Below, piece by piece: positions 44,424 to 63,201 of a stretch of DNA of 64,000 nt. The first letter of the stretch is position 1, and every line of letters starts with the position of its first letter. The position numbers and the translations under genes are program-made. The notes below the pieces were generated by a model. The model was not told the origin of the DNA and did not search any database. It was given only the letters and a program-made list of their open reading frames with translations. The stretch is from Escherichia coli (GTDB lineage Bacteria > Pseudomonadota > Gammaproteobacteria > Enterobacterales > Enterobacteriaceae): the NCBI RefSeq assembly GCF_003790525.1, contig NZ_CP033635.1; one strand, given 5' to 3'.

Positions 44424-45144
44424 ACAGCGTATCGCCGATTTTTTTACGCTTAGTGATGAGCATAAGAAAGCCAGAGTATTACTTGATACTCTGGCCTGTT
44501 CCTGTCCGGCCTGGATTTTTGGCGGGATGGTGCGTGACTTAGGCTTGTTTGGCGTCGAGGGATTCTCTTCAGACCTTGATATCGTCATCGGTCGCTCCCG
44601 TGAGGAACTCTTCCGGACATTGGCTGAACTGCCCGTCAAACAACTGCGTTTTAATAAGTTCGGTGGGATCCGTTTTCGTTATCACGACTTCGAATTTGAT
44701 ATCTGGAACCTCAATGAGACATGGGCATTTCGGGAAAAACTTATATTTTGTGAGGATGAATCAAGTCTGTTAAACACTACGCTGATGAGTTGGGATGCCG
44801 TGCTCTATGATCTACGTAGTGAAAAAATTATCAGTAAAGATAATTATTTGACCGACTTAAATCGCAGACATCTTGAACTTGTTCTTCATACTAACCCCAA
44901 TCCAAGCGGTTCGGTAACGAAAATTTTACGCACTATTTTTACTAAGCAGGTAAAGAGTTTAGGTCCGGAACTCTGTCATTTCTTGCACCATGAACTGACG
45001 AAAAAACGTTATGAAGTTTGGCATCATTACGATGTACTGCACTACCAGTCATCGTCATTTTCTCGTTCACAATTTAATGCGTTGATAAATTTACTGGCGC
45101 AACAATCACGCTTCGCTGATCTAAAATTATCAAATTACAAATAA
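44392..45144 (+). CDS. Pol-beta superfamily nucleotidyltransferase (CCA-adding/poly(A)-polymerase-head-like motif), partner of the dGTPase-like gene
   Basis: 250 aa; overlaps upstream gene by 32 nt; N-terminal FGGMVRDLGLFGVEGFSSDLDIVIG matches the GG-x-[VI]RD...DxD nucleotidyltransferase signature; no HD or other known C-terminal domain. Confidence 0.6.
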   Translation: MNVVSNTQQLEQRIADFFTLSDEHKKARVLLDTLACSCPAWIFGGMVRDLGLFGVEGFSSDLDIVIGRSREELFRTLAELPVKQLRFNKFGGIRFRYHDFEFDIWNLNETWAFREKLIFCEDESSLLNTTLMSWDAVLYDLRSEKIISKDNYLTDLNRRHLELVLHTNPNPSGSVTKILRTIFTKQVKSLGPELCHFLHHELTKKRYEVWHHYDVLHYQSSSFSRSQFNALINLLAQQSRFADLKLSNYK

Positions 45145-45189
45145 CCATCCTCCACATACTTCCTGAACGATACCCGCCCCCCTGCTATC

Positions 45190-45212
45190 GGCCTGGCATC
45201 ATCGCGCAGGCC
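45190..45212. terminator. Hairpin between convergent NTase gene and cheZ (possible bidirectional terminator)
   Basis: GGCCTG-gcatcatcgcg-CAGGCC inverted repeat; no clear T-run, so weak. Confidence 0.25.
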
Positions 45213-45231
45213 GAAGTTAAGGCAATACAAA

Positions 45232-45876
45232 TCAAAATCCAAGACTATCCAACAAATCGTCCACCTGATCCTGACTGGCTACCACACCGGCTTTGCTGGT
45301 ATCGACCTGAGGTCCATTAAGCAAACTCTGGTTTTCACGTTTTGGACGCGACTCCTGTTCCGGGATGTTTTCCAACAGCACCATCAGCAACTGACGTTCG
45401 ATCTCCTGAATGACATCCATCATCCGCTTAATGACCTGCCCGGTGAGATCCTGAAAATCCTGCGCCATCATGATTTCCAGCAGTTGCGCGTTAGTAAAGC
45501 TGGTATGCGCGGGGACATCTGCCAGAAATTGCCGCGTATCTGTTACCAGTTCACGGGCGTCGGCAAGGTCAATCGGATCGGCAAACCAGTCATCCCAACG
45601 TTGGGTTAACGCTTTTGCTGATTTCTCCATTTGATCCTGATGCGGTTGTGACGCCTCAACACTGTTCAGCGCCCGCTCCGCAGCCTGGGCGGTCATCTGC
45701 ACAACATAGTACAAACGATCGCGCGCATCGGGGATGGCTTCCGCCGCTTCGGCAATGGCCTGATCCAGCCCCAGCTCCCGCAAACTGTCGCGCAGCATAC
45801 GCGTCAGGCTGCCGATGCGCGCAATGATATCGCCAGCTGAATGCTCGTCAGCAGGTTTGATTGATGGTTGCATCAT
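45232..45876 (-). CDS. cheZ: Chemotaxis phosphatase CheZ
   Basis: Start at [18 protein letters not shown]; 214 aa. Confidence 0.9.
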
Positions 45877-45886
45877 AGTCGCATCC

Positions 45887-47340
<1,454 letters not shown>

Positions 47341-47342
47341 CG

Positions 47343-48203
47343 TTAATCCTTACTTAGCGCATACACCGTCTGACCACGCAGCGTGAAGCGGCGCTCAAGG
47401 TGGCTAAAGTTTTCAGAGTGACCCGCAAACAGCAATCCGTCGGGTTTAAGGAGCGGAACAAAGCGGCGCAAAATCTCCTGCTGGGTAGTTTGATCGAAGT
47501 AGATCATGACGTTACGACAGAAGATCGCATCAAACGGCCCCGGCACGGTGTACTGTTTCGCCAGTAAATTCAGCGGGGCAAAATCAACATAGTTCGCCAG
47601 CTCCTGACGCACGCGTACCAGCCCTTCATGCGGTCCCGTCCCTCGCATGAAATACCGTTGCAGTTGCTGCGGCGTCAGGTTTTTCAACTCTTCATGGCGA
47701 TAAATACCGCTTCTGGCTTTTTCCAGCACTTCGGTGTCGATATCGCTGGCAAACACTTTCCAGCGTCCGGGCACGGTGCCCAATGTTTCAGCCAGCGTCA
47801 TCGCAATGCTGTACGGCTCTTCGCCGGTCGAAGCCGCCGCGCTCCATACGCGATACTCGCCAAAACGGCGACGTGCGTGATCCGCGAGCAGAGGGAAATG
47901 GTGTGCCTCACGGAAAAATGCCGTCAGATTCGTGGTCAGCGAATTGATAAACGCCTGCCACTCACCGCTGTGCTGATTAGATTCCAGCAAGTTCAGGTAA
48001 TGGCCGAAATCCGTCAGTCCCAGCGAACGCAAACGACGAACCAGTCGGTTGTAAACCATGTCGCGTTTATGGTCGGCCAGGACGATCCCGGCTCGTTGAT
48101 AGATCAATTGACTTATCCGCCGAAAATGCGCGTCGGAAAGCGCCAGGCGCTCGGTCATCTGTAACAATAAAGACGTTTGCCCACAGGGCAGAGATGAAGT
48201 CAT
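47343..48203 (-). CDS. cheR: Chemotaxis methyltransferase CheR
   Basis: 286 aa; SAM-dependent MTase. Confidence 0.95.
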   Translation of the reverse strand: MTSSLPCGQTSLLLQMTERLALSDAHFRRISQLIYQRAGIVLADHKRDMVYNRLVRRLRSLGLTDFGHYLNLLESNQHSGEWQAFINSLTTNLTAFFREAHHFPLLADHARRRFGEYRVWSAAASTGEEPYSIAMTLAETLGTVPGRWKVFASDIDTEVLEKARSGIYRHEELKNLTPQQLQRYFMRGTGPHEGLVRVRQELANYVDFAPLNLLAKQYTVPGPFDAIFCRNVMIYFDQTTQQEILRRFVPLLKPDGLLFAGHSENFSHLERRFTLRGQTVYALSKD

Positions 48204-48221
48204 AGCGCCTTCTCAATCACT

Positions 48222-49823
48222 TCAGGATACCACTGGCGCAATTTGTAACTGCGCCGACTCATGTCGTGCTACTTCATGCTCTTCAAGGGTAAATACCGCC
48301 ACGCGCGACGAAAGATGGTCGGCCTGATTCGCCAGTTGTTCCGTTGCCACCGCCGCTTCTTCTACCAGGGAGGCGTTCTGCTGTGTCACCTGATCCATCT
48401 GGCTGACAGCCTGTGCAACCTGCTCAATCCCCCGCCGTTGTTCTTCCGAGGCCGAAGCAATTTCTCCCATAATGTCGTTCACGCGGGTCACCGAACTGAC
48501 AATATCGGTCATGGTCCCGGCGGCGTTATTCACCAGTTTCGAACCCTGCTGGACACGATTGACTGACTCTTCGATCAGCCCTTTGATCTCTTTTGCTGCC
48601 TGGGCGCTACGGCTGGCAAGATTGCGCACTTCACCTGCCACGACCGCAAAACCACGCCCCTGCTCTCCGGCGCGAGCCGCTTCCACTGCCGCATTCAGGG
48701 CCAGAATATTGGTCTGGAAAGCAATGCCGTCGATAACGCTGATAATGTCGCCAATTTTTTGCGAACTGGTGGCGATCTCCTGCATGGTGTGAGTCATGGT
48801 ACTGACCTGAACACCGCCCGCCTGCGCCGTTGTCGCGGCATTTTTTGCCAGTTCCGACGCCTGTCGTGCGTTATCGGCGTTTTGCCCTACCGTGGCGGTT
48901 AATTGCTCCATACTGGCGGCCGTTTGTGCCAGCGATGCCGCCTGCTGTTCGGTGCGACTTGAGAGATCGTTATTGCCTGCGACAATCTCCGCGATACCAA
49001 TGTGCATCTCCTGGCTTCCCTTACGCACATCACTTACCGTCCCACGCAAAGCCTGCTGCATGGTCTTCAGACTGGCAAAAATGGCGGTGATCTCATTGCG
49101 ACCATATACCGCAATCGGACGCGCCAGATTACCCGCAGCAATGCTGTCAAAATGGCTACCGATGATGGCCAGTGGTTGAACAATCATCTTGCGCGTCCAC
49201 CACAGCGCACTGCTGATGTAGAGCGCTGCAACAATAATCATGCTGATAAACACCAGCGCCGAAATGTGATAGTTACGCTGGCTTTGCGCACTGGCACCTT
49301 CCAGCACATGGTTGATCTCCTGCTGCCAGACCTCAAAGTTAACGTCAAACGCATTTTGTGATTCCTGCACCGGCGCTGAGAGGAAATCCGAAAGTTGATT
49401 ACTTTCAAGCCAGGTCGCCTGATGTTCGAGATCGTTGTGCCAGCGGGCAAAACTTTTCTCCGTCTCTTTTTGCAACGCCCTGACGTGCTCGTTGCCCGCA
49501 GTCATCGCCATAAAACTTTTAAACAGCGTGGTGGATTGCGTCAGACTGGCGCGCGCCGTCGTCATCAACGTTTTAATGTCATCCGCCGGATAGCTAAGCG
49601 CCGTCAGAGTGCCCGCTTTGTTCAGCGCGGTACTGGCCTGTAACATTACCGCCCGAGTTTGCGCTAAAGCCGCACGTTGCTGATTGCTCTGCTCGACCTG
49701 ATTCAGTCGTTGCACATCGTCGCGAAATGCCCAAAAAGACATGCCGTTACTGCCAATCTGCAAGATCCCGCAGAGAATCAAAATTAAAAACAGCGTGGTC
49801 GAAATTCGAATACGATTAAACAT
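48222..49823 (-). CDS. tap: Methyl-accepting chemotaxis protein IV (dipeptide/pyrimidine), Tap
   Basis: About 533 aa; MCP signalling domain; position between cheR and tar. Confidence 0.9.
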   Translation of the reverse strand: MFNRIRISTTLFLILILCGILQIGSNGMSFWAFRDDVQRLNQVEQSNQQRAALAQTRAVMLQASTALNKAGTLTALSYPADDIKTLMTTARASLTQSTTLFKSFMAMTAGNEHVRALQKETEKSFARWHNDLEHQATWLESNQLSDFLSAPVQESQNAFDVNFEVWQQEINHVLEGASAQSQRNYHISALVFISMIIVAALYISSALWWTRKMIVQPLAIIGSHFDSIAAGNLARPIAVYGRNEITAIFASLKTMQQALRGTVSDVRKGSQEMHIGIAEIVAGNNDLSSRTEQQAASLAQTAASMEQLTATVGQNADNARQASELAKNAATTAQAGGVQVSTMTHTMQEIATSSQKIGDIISVIDGIAFQTNILALNAAVEAARAGEQGRGFAVVAGEVRNLASRSAQAAKEIKGLIEESVNRVQQGSKLVNNAAGTMTDIVSSVTRVNDIMGEIASASEEQRRGIEQVAQAVSQMDQVTQQNASLVEEAAVATEQLANQADHLSSRVAVFTLEEHEVARHESAQLQIAPVVS

Positions 49824-49868
49824 CAACGCTCCCCATCAGGCGGCAATGACCGCGTTAGTAAATACTCG

Positions 49869-51530
49869 TCAAAATGTTTCCCAGTTTGGATCTTGTTCAG
49901 TAATTCGCAGTCGTGGCTGTGCCGGTGGTTGCTCACTGGCAGGACGGGATGGTGTTTGCGGTTTATTGGTGAGTGGGCTGGCTGCCAGACGGAACGCGGA
50001 AACCGCTTGCGTTAAACGACTCGCCTGTTCTTCCAGCGCAGCTGCGGCGGCAGCTGATTCCTGCACCAGCGATGCGTTCTGTTGCGTGACGCGATCCATT
50101 TCCGAAACCGCCAATGCGACTTGATCGATGCCACGGCTCTGTTCATCCGATGCCGATGCAATCTCGCCCATAATGTCAGTCACGCGAGTGACAGCATTGA
50201 CGATATTGTTCATTGTTTCCCCGGCGCTTTCGACCAGCACCGAACCGGTATCAACGCGCGAGACGGAGTCTTCAATGAGGGCTTTGATCTCTTTTGCCGC
50301 CTGGGCGCTGCGACTGGCAAGATTACGCACTTCGCCCGCCACCACGGCAAAACCACGGCCCTGTTCACCCGCTCGCGCGGCTTCAACAGCGGCATTCAGC
50401 GCGAGTATATTAGTCTGGAAGGCAATACCGTCGATAACGCTGATAATGTCGGCAATTTTCTTCGAACTATCGGCGATCTCATGCATCGTTTTCACTACGC
50501 CATCCACCACTTTGCCGCCGTGCTGGGCGGTGTCGGAGGCACTTTGCGCCAGTTGCGAGGCCTGGCGGGCGTTATCGGCGTTTTGCTTCACTGTCGCGGT
50601 GAGCTGCTCCATGCTGGCGGCAGTTTCTTCCAGCGCGGATGCCTGCTGTTCCGTACGGGAGGAAAGATCGGTGTTGCCCGCCGCAATTTCACGGGTACCG
50701 GCATAGATGGCATCTGAACCTTCACGCACATGAGTGACGGTGTCAGTCAAAGAGCGTTGCATATGTGAAACGCTCTGCGCCAGGTCGCCCATTTCACTGC
50801 GCCCGTCAATGGTCAGGGTATTCGCCAGGTTACCACCGGCGATTTCGCGAATGTGAGCAATAATTTTTGCCAGCGGTGTAAGCAACATACGGCGAATGCC
50901 GTACCACGCCACCAGCAGAATCAATATCACCACCAGCGCGATAACCGCCAGTTGCCACTGGGCAAATCGGTAATCATCTGCGTTGTCAGTGACGATATCG
51001 CGATACAGTTTTTCACTGCTGAGGGCGTACTGAGCAAACGCTTCGCCCATTGCATTTTGCATTCCCTGGGTTGGCTGAGCGAAATAAGCTCCAGTATTGC
51101 CATAATCAAGATAATCAATCAGTTCAGTTAACGCTGTGTGATAGTTTTTATATTTTTCATCAATATTACGACTGGTAGCGACCATTTCAGGTAACGGTGC
51201 CATGCTTTTGAATTTTTTATAATGCGTCGCGGCCTGGGCCAATGTTTTCCTGGCGCTATCGAGCAATTCAACTTTGGCATTACTTTGCTGATTGGATGAA
51301 TCCATCATCATCCGCACCGCTGAACGACTCAGGTTAATGCGCGTTTGCAGCATTAAATCCCAGGTTGACGTCAGCTCGCCCTGCTGTTCCCGTAATTGAT
51401 TGGAAACCACAAAGCTCTTCTGGCTATGGTGAAGGGAAGAAAAAAACAGACTGCCGGAAATAAGCTGTAACAGTGCAAATACCCCCAGCACCATTACCAA
51501 CAGCGTGACTACGCGGATACGGTTAATCAT
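49869..51530 (-). CDS. tar: Methyl-accepting chemotaxis protein II (aspartate), Tar
   Basis: About 553 aa starting [22 protein letters not shown]; MCP signalling domain. Confidence 0.9.
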   Translation of the reverse strand: MINRIRVVTLLVMVLGVFALLQLISGSLFFSSLHHSQKSFVVSNQLREQQGELTSTWDLMLQTRINLSRSAVRMMMDSSNQQSNAKVELLDSARKTLAQAATHYKKFKSMAPLPEMVATSRNIDEKYKNYHTALTELIDYLDYGNTGAYFAQPTQGMQNAMGEAFAQYALSSEKLYRDIVTDNADDYRFAQWQLAVIALVVILILLVAWYGIRRMLLTPLAKIIAHIREIAGGNLANTLTIDGRSEMGDLAQSVSHMQRSLTDTVTHVREGSDAIYAGTREIAAGNTDLSSRTEQQASALEETAASMEQLTATVKQNADNARQASQLAQSASDTAQHGGKVVDGVVKTMHEIADSSKKIADIISVIDGIAFQTNILALNAAVEAARAGEQGRGFAVVAGEVRNLASRSAQAAKEIKALIEDSVSRVDTGSVLVESAGETMNNIVNAVTRVTDIMGEIASASDEQSRGIDQVALAVSEMDRVTQQNASLVQESAAAAAALEEQASRLTQAVSAFRLAASPLTNKPQTPSRPASEQPPAQPRLRITEQDPNWETF

Positions 51531-51561
51531 AAGGCACCTTCCTGAAAACAAGTTGATCTCG

Positions 51562-51588
51562 TTATCGGCAAGGAAGGGGGAAACTTTA
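51562..51588 (-). promoter_or_regulatory. Sigma-28 (FliA) class 3 promoter of the tar-tap-cheRBYZ operon
   Basis: Minus strand reads TAAAGTTT-cccccttcctt-GCCGATAA, an exact match to the sigma-28 consensus TAAAGTTT-N11-GCCGATAA, about 30 bp upstream of the tar start. Confidence 0.7.
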
Positions 51589-51613
51589 TTGCTGATGCCA
51601 CCCGCCGCGAAAT

Positions 51614-51648
51614 TGAAATAAAAAACCCGATGCGCAGATCATCGGGTT
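51614..51648 (-). terminator. Rho-independent terminator after cheW (end of motAB-cheAW operon)
   Basis: Minus strand AACCCGATGATCTGCGCATCGGGTTTTTTATTT. Confidence 0.65.
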
Positions 51649-51674
51649 CATTTCAATTGAGGAAATCGGGAGAA

Positions 51675-52178
51675 TTACGCCACTTCTGACGCCGCGCTAT
51701 CTAACAGCGCCATCTCTTCGCTGTTCAGCAGTTTTTCGATGTTCACCAGAATCAACATCCGGTCGCCCAGTGCGCCCAGTCCTGTGAGATATTCGGTTGA
51801 AAGCGTCACGGCAAATTCCGGTGCCGGACGAATTTGCTCCGCCGTCAATGAAAGCACGTCTGAGACGCCGTCAACCACGATGCCGACCACCCGCTGTCCG
51901 AGATTCAGGACGATAACTACCGTGTTGTCGTTATAGTCCACATCCACCTGGCTGAACTTAATTCGTAAGTCAACAATCGGCACAATAACGCCGCGCAGAT
52001 TCGTGACGCCTTTGATAAACGCTGGCGTGTTCGCAATCCGTGTCACCTGATCGTAGCCACGGATCTCCTGCACTTTCAGAATATCAATACCGTACTCTTC
52101 ATCACCAAGGGTAAATACCAGAAATTCCTGGCCTGACGGCTCGCTGGCCAGCTTTGTTACATTCGTCATACCGGTCAT
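51675..52178 (-). CDS. cheW: Chemotaxis coupling protein CheW
   Basis: 167 aa. Confidence 0.95.
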
Positions 52179-52198
52179 ATTGTTACCTTTTTACTCAT

Positions 52199-55090
<2,892 letters not shown>

Positions 55091-55094
<4 letters not shown>

Positions 55095-55978
55095 GCTTCC
55101 TCGGTTGTCGTCTGTTGTTGCGGATTTTTCACCGCACGCACATGCTCTTCCAGTTCAATAAACGACGGACGTTCGCTGGAATAGAGCGTTTTGCGACCAA
55201 ACTCAACGGCGATAGGCGGTGCGTAACCGTTCAGATTAGAAAGCAGAGTGACTTTGACGCACTGCATCATTTTGCTGGTTTCGGCGCTTTTCTGACGTAA
55301 AACACTCGCTAATGGGGAAATAAATCCGTAAGCCAATAAAATGCCGAGGAAAGTCCCCACCATCGCATGTGCGATAAGCGCACCCAGCTCGGCGGCAGGA
55401 CGATCGGCTGAACCTAACGCGTGAACGACCCCCATTACAGCCGCGACAATACCAAACGCCGGAAGTGAGTCCCCGACCAGCGCCAGACTGTTCGCCGGGA
55501 CTTCTGCCTCGCTTTCGTGCGTCTCAATCTCTTCATCCATCAGGGCTTCGATTTCGAAGGTGTTCATATGACCGCTGATAATCAGACGCAGATAATCGAC
55601 GATAAAATCAAGCATGACGCTATCCGCGAGGATGCGTGGGTAGCTGGCGAAGATCTCGCTCTCACGGGGATTTTCAATATCACGTTCCAGCGAAAACATC
55701 CCCATCTGCCGCGATTTCGCCATCAACCGATAAAGCAGAGCCAGCAGATCCATATACATTGCTTTGGTGTATTTGGAGCGACGAAACAGCAACGGCAGCG
55801 CCTTCAGCGTGCCTTTAATCGCTTTGCCATTATTGCCGACGATAAACGACCCAATCCCTGCACCGGCAATAATCACCAGTTCAGCGGGTTGATAGAGTGC
55901 TCCAAGGCTTCCACCGGTCATCAAATAACCGCCGAAAACTGTACCGAGAACAACCAGGTAACCTAATAAGATAAGCAC
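55091..55978 (-). CDS. motA: Flagellar stator protein MotA
   Basis: 295 aa; four TM segments; 4-nt overlap with motB. Confidence 0.95.
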
Positions 55979-56045
55979 GACATCATCCTTCCACTGTTGA
56001 CCATGACAGGATGTTCAGTCGTCAGGCGTTAACGCGCGATTGGGG

Positions 56046-56078
56046 CAAAAAAAAGCAGCGGTACGTCGTTACCGCTGC
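56046..56078 (-). terminator. Rho-independent terminator after flhC
   Basis: Minus strand CAGCGGTAacgacgTACCGCTG hairpin followed by TTTTTTTTG. Confidence 0.55.
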
Positions 56079-56104
56079 TGGAATGTTGCGCCTCACCGTA
56101 TCAG

Positions 56105-56683
56105 TTAAACAGCCTGTACTCTCTGTTCATCCAGCAGTTGTGGGATAATATCGGCAGGATTCTGGGAAAGTTTACGTCTTTTTACTGCCCGGGATGGCGG
56201 TTGACATAAGCTGCAGGCAAAGCTGCCAACAGGCTGGTGAGCGTGGGTAATAAAATTGCCGCCGCAGCAGTTGCAGCTGGAAAGTTGCAGTAATCCACTT
56301 TCAACAAACCGCACCAATGTCCAGGCACGGGTTAATGCCAGCAGTGGTCCTTCTTCTGCTTGTGGGCACTGTTCAAGGTATAAACGGTAGGCTTTGATCA
56401 CCGCATCGACGCCATTACACAAACCGGTTTTCAGTAAAAACTGCCATGCATTACAGAACATCGAAGCATGAACGTTTTGTTCCCAGGTCATAAACCAGTC
56501 GGTTGAGAATGGCAGCATGCCTTTCGGCGGTGGGCTTCCGCGCAGTTCTTTATAAAGTTTTATCAGGCGTCCGCGACTTAACTGTGTTTCGCTTTCCAGC
56601 ATCTGCAAACGAGCGCCCAGGGTGATCAATTCCATTGCCAGCTGAATATCCCGCGCTTCCTGAACAATGCTTTTTTCACTCAT
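56105..56683 (-). CDS. flhC: Flagellar master regulator subunit FlhC
   Basis: 192 aa; zinc-binding cysteines near the C-terminus. Confidence 0.95.
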
Positions 56684-56685
56684 GA

Positions 56686-57045
56686 TCAGGCCCTTTTCTT
56701 GCGCAGCGCTTCTTCAGGCTGATTAACATCATTCAGCAAGCGTGTTGAGAGCATGATGCCGGTATGAATTTGCTGGAGATCGTCAACGCGGGAATCTTGC
56801 GTCAACTGAGTAATCGTCTGGTGGCTGTCAAAACGGAAGTGACAAACCAGTTGATTGGTTTCTGCCAGCTTAACCATTTGCGGAAGAGTCAGTGCCGCTA
56901 ACGTTGTCGCCATTTCTTCATTTATGCCGAGACGAAACATAGCGGACGCTTTGTCCTGAACAATCAAACGCTGTGCAAGTAGTAAATATGACAAGTTGAT
57001 GTCATAAATGTGTTTCAGCAACTCGGAGGTATGCATTATTCCCAC
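56686..57045 (-). CDS. flhD: Flagellar master regulator subunit FlhD
   Basis: 116-119 aa depending on start ([24 protein letters not shown]...). Confidence 0.95.
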
Positions 57046-57815
57046 CCAGAATAACCAACTTTATTTTTATGCGGTTTCACCGCACCCCGTGATGTCGCCG
57101 GGAAGCCCCGGTAAAAAATAATTAGCATTAGAATAGTTGCGATAAGCTGCAATAAGCAGAACCACCTTTTTGGTTTAATATGTCCTTACAAATAGAAATG
57201 GGTCTTTACACTTATCTAAGATTTTTCCTAAATCGACGCAACTGTACTCGTCACTACACGCACATACAACGGAGGGGGGCTGCGATTTTCAATAATGTGT
57301 GATGCAGATCACACAAAACACTCAATTACTTAACATAAATGTATAAGTCATACTTTTGTTTTGGGTGTATTTCAATCTGTTAAAAAGTTTTTCGCTACGC
57401 TAGCAAGCAAAAATGAAACAGGAATAATCGAAATGGGATGTTGCGCACAGTTAAAATAACTCACCGTAAATAATCATCTGCTATAAATAATCACTTTCAT
57501 GCAATACCAGATAAGCTATTTTTAAACAGACACTTACCGCACAACAAACTAATTAAATACAAAGAAAGGCAACAATCAACTTAATGTTAATGAAATGTTT
57601 TACATATATTAACCACTTGTTTAATGCGGAGAATCAGTACACTATTTTCTTATAATTACATTTGAAATTATATGATCACCGGGAGTGATTGATTAATTGT
57701 CTTTACTAATAATCAGACTAATATTTACCTGTTTGACCGAGTTGGGATTGCGTCGTTTCTCCATTAGGAGTAAAGCTTTAATGTCACCTGAAGTTCACAG
57801 AATAAGGAACAGGTT
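57046..57815. promoter_or_regulatory. flhDC class 1 regulatory region (long AT-rich divergent intergenic region shared with uspC)
   Basis: 770-bp AT-rich non-coding region upstream of flhD; no insertion sequence present. Confidence 0.5.
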
Positions 57816-58244
57816 ATGAGCTATAGCAATATTCTTGTCGCTGTTGCGGTTACACCGGAAAGTCAGCAACTGCTGGCAAAAGCGGTATCTATCGCCAGGC
57901 CAGTAAAGGGACACATCAGTTTAATTACTCTCGCTTCCGACCCGGAAATGTACAATCAATTAGCCGCGCCGATGCTTGAAGATTTACGCAGCGTGATGCA
58001 GGAAGAAACGCAAAGCTTTCTTGATAAGTTAATTCAGGATGCGGGGTATCCCGTTGACAAGACGTTTATTGCCTACGGTGAGTTAAGCGAACATATTCTG
58101 GAAGTATGTCACAAACATCATTTCGATTTGGTGATTTGCGGTAATCACAATCACAGTTTCTTTTCGCGAGCATCCTGCTCGGCGAAAAGAGTGATTGCCT
58201 CAAGTGAGGTCGATGTGCTGTTAGTTCCACTTACGGGTGATTAA
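57816..58244 (+). CDS. uspC: Universal stress protein C
   Basis: 142 aa UspA-family protein, MSYSNILVAVAVTPESQQLLAKAVSIARP... Confidence 0.9.
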   Translation: MSYSNILVAVAVTPESQQLLAKAVSIARPVKGHISLITLASDPEMYNQLAAPMLEDLRSVMQEETQSFLDKLIQDAGYPVDKTFIAYGELSEHILEVCHKHHFDLVICGNHNHSFFSRASCSAKRVIASSEVDVLLVPLTGD

Positions 58245-58250
58245 CCGCTC

Positions 58251-61606
<3,356 letters not shown>

Positions 61607-61617
61607 ACTCTCCTTAC

Positions 61618-63132
61618 TCAGGCAACTGCCTGGCTGACTTTAGGCATCGCAAGGCTCAGTGCCTGACGCTCATCTGCCTGCTCGTGTAACAATTCACCGG
61701 CGATTTCACCTTCCCGCATCACCACAATCCGGTCGGCAACGCCGAGGACTTCAGGTAAGTCGCTGGAGGCAAACAGCACCGCCACACCCTGCGCCGCCAG
61801 CGCATAAATCACGTTGTAAATTTCATGCTTAGCACCAACATCAATGCCGCGCGTAGGTTCATCCAGCAAAATGACCTTCATCTCTTCCGATAACCAGCGG
61901 CCCAGAATGGCTTTTTGCTGATTTCCGCCTGAGAGATTCATGATCAGTTGCTCAGCGCCCGGCGTTTTGATGTTGAGCGAACGAATGTGGTGATCGGCAT
62001 TGTTTTCTTCCCAACCGTTGTTGATTACACAACCGCCGAGCACATGTTTACGTCTGGCACTGATGTTGATATTGTCGCGAACGGAGTGCACGGGAATAAT
62101 GCCTTCCGCTTTGCGATCTTCCGGGCAGAGCATCATGCCTGCGGCAATGGCGTGGCTCGGTTTACGAATATCGATCGGCTGTTGGTCGATATAAACCTGA
62201 CCGGCGGTGATTTGCGTCCCGCCAAACAAGCCTTTCATTAATTCGCTACGCCCCGCTCCTACCAGACCAAACAGACCGACAATTTCACCACTGCGAACCG
62301 CCAGACTTATTGGCGTACGCACGCCTGGTGCTTTCACAGCATCAAGACGCAGGCGCTCCTCGCCATAACTACGAGGTTGCCAGCCGTAGATATCGCCAAT
62401 GTCGCGCCCGACCATCGCCTGCACCAGCGCGTCGTGGTCAACCTGCTGCATATCGGTAAAGGTTTTGACATAACGTCCATCTTTAAAGACGGTGATGGCA
62501 TCGCTGAGGGCAAATATTTCTTCCATACGGTGAGAAACGTATAAGATCACCCGCCCCTCTTTTCGCAGTTCACGAATAACGCGGAAAAGATTGTCGATTT
62601 CGCGGGCAGAAAGGGAGCTGGTTGGCTCATCAAAGGCGATAATTTTGGCGTTACGCGCCAGCGCCTTGGCGATTTCAACCATCTGCCACTGACCAATGGA
62701 GAGATATTTCAGCGGCGTGTCCGGGTCAATATCCATACCAAGATGTTTAAGTTGTAAACCCGCCTCATAATTCAGCAATGAGCGATTCACAATGCCGCCT
62801 TTATGCGGCAGCTGGCCGAGATAGATGTTTTCCGCGACGGTCATTTCCGGCACGAGATGCAGTTCCTGGTAAATAATCGCCACACCCGCATTAAGTGCTG
62901 CGGTCGTGTCGGAAAAGGACATTTCCTGCCCATTAATCACTACAGAACCCGTGGTTGGCGCATAGTTGCCGCTGAGGATTTTTAAGAGAGTTGATTTTCC
63001 TGCGCCATTTTCACCCATCAACGCATGAACCTGACCGGCATAGCAATCAAAACTAATATCCGTCAGCGCCTTAACGCCGGGAAATGTTTTACCGATGCCG
63101 CGAAATGAGAGATACGGGGTAGACTGTTGCAT
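61618..63132 (-). CDS. araG: L-arabinose ABC transporter ATP-binding protein AraG
   Basis: Start at [29 protein letters not shown]; two ABC domains (Walker [10 protein letters not shown] and a second P-loop). Confidence 0.9.
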   Translation of the reverse strand: MQQSTPYLSFRGIGKTFPGVKALTDISFDCYAGQVHALMGENGAGKSTLLKILSGNYAPTTGSVVINGQEMSFSDTTAALNAGVAIIYQELHLVPEMTVAENIYLGQLPHKGGIVNRSLLNYEAGLQLKHLGMDIDPDTPLKYLSIGQWQMVEIAKALARNAKIIAFDEPTSSLSAREIDNLFRVIRELRKEGRVILYVSHRMEEIFALSDAITVFKDGRYVKTFTDMQQVDHDALVQAMVGRDIGDIYGWQPRSYGEERLRLDAVKAPGVRTPISLAVRSGEIVGLFGLVGAGRSELMKGLFGGTQITAGQVYIDQQPIDIRKPSHAIAAGMMLCPEDRKAEGIIPVHSVRDNINISARRKHVLGGCVINNGWEENNADHHIRSLNIKTPGAEQLIMNLSGGNQQKAILGRWLSEEMKVILLDEPTRGIDVGAKHEIYNVIYALAAQGVAVLFASSDLPEVLGVADRIVVMREGEIAGELLHEQADERQALSLAMPKVSQAVA

Positions 63133-63201
63133 AACGTCTCCGTGAATCACTGGTCGTTCACACCCCCTCTGCATCATGCAGAGGGGAATTTTTCCGGCAA
63201 A

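Noticed and set aside
50082-50717. Two overlapping ~200-aa plus-strand ORFs
   Set aside because: Antisense within tar (and similar ones within tap); MCP genes are known to produce long antisense ORFs.
57046-57815. Possible insertion sequence upstream of flhD (IS1/IS5 insertions here raise motility in lab strains)
   Set aside because: No inverted repeats or transposase ORF seen; the region is ordinary AT-rich intergenic DNA.
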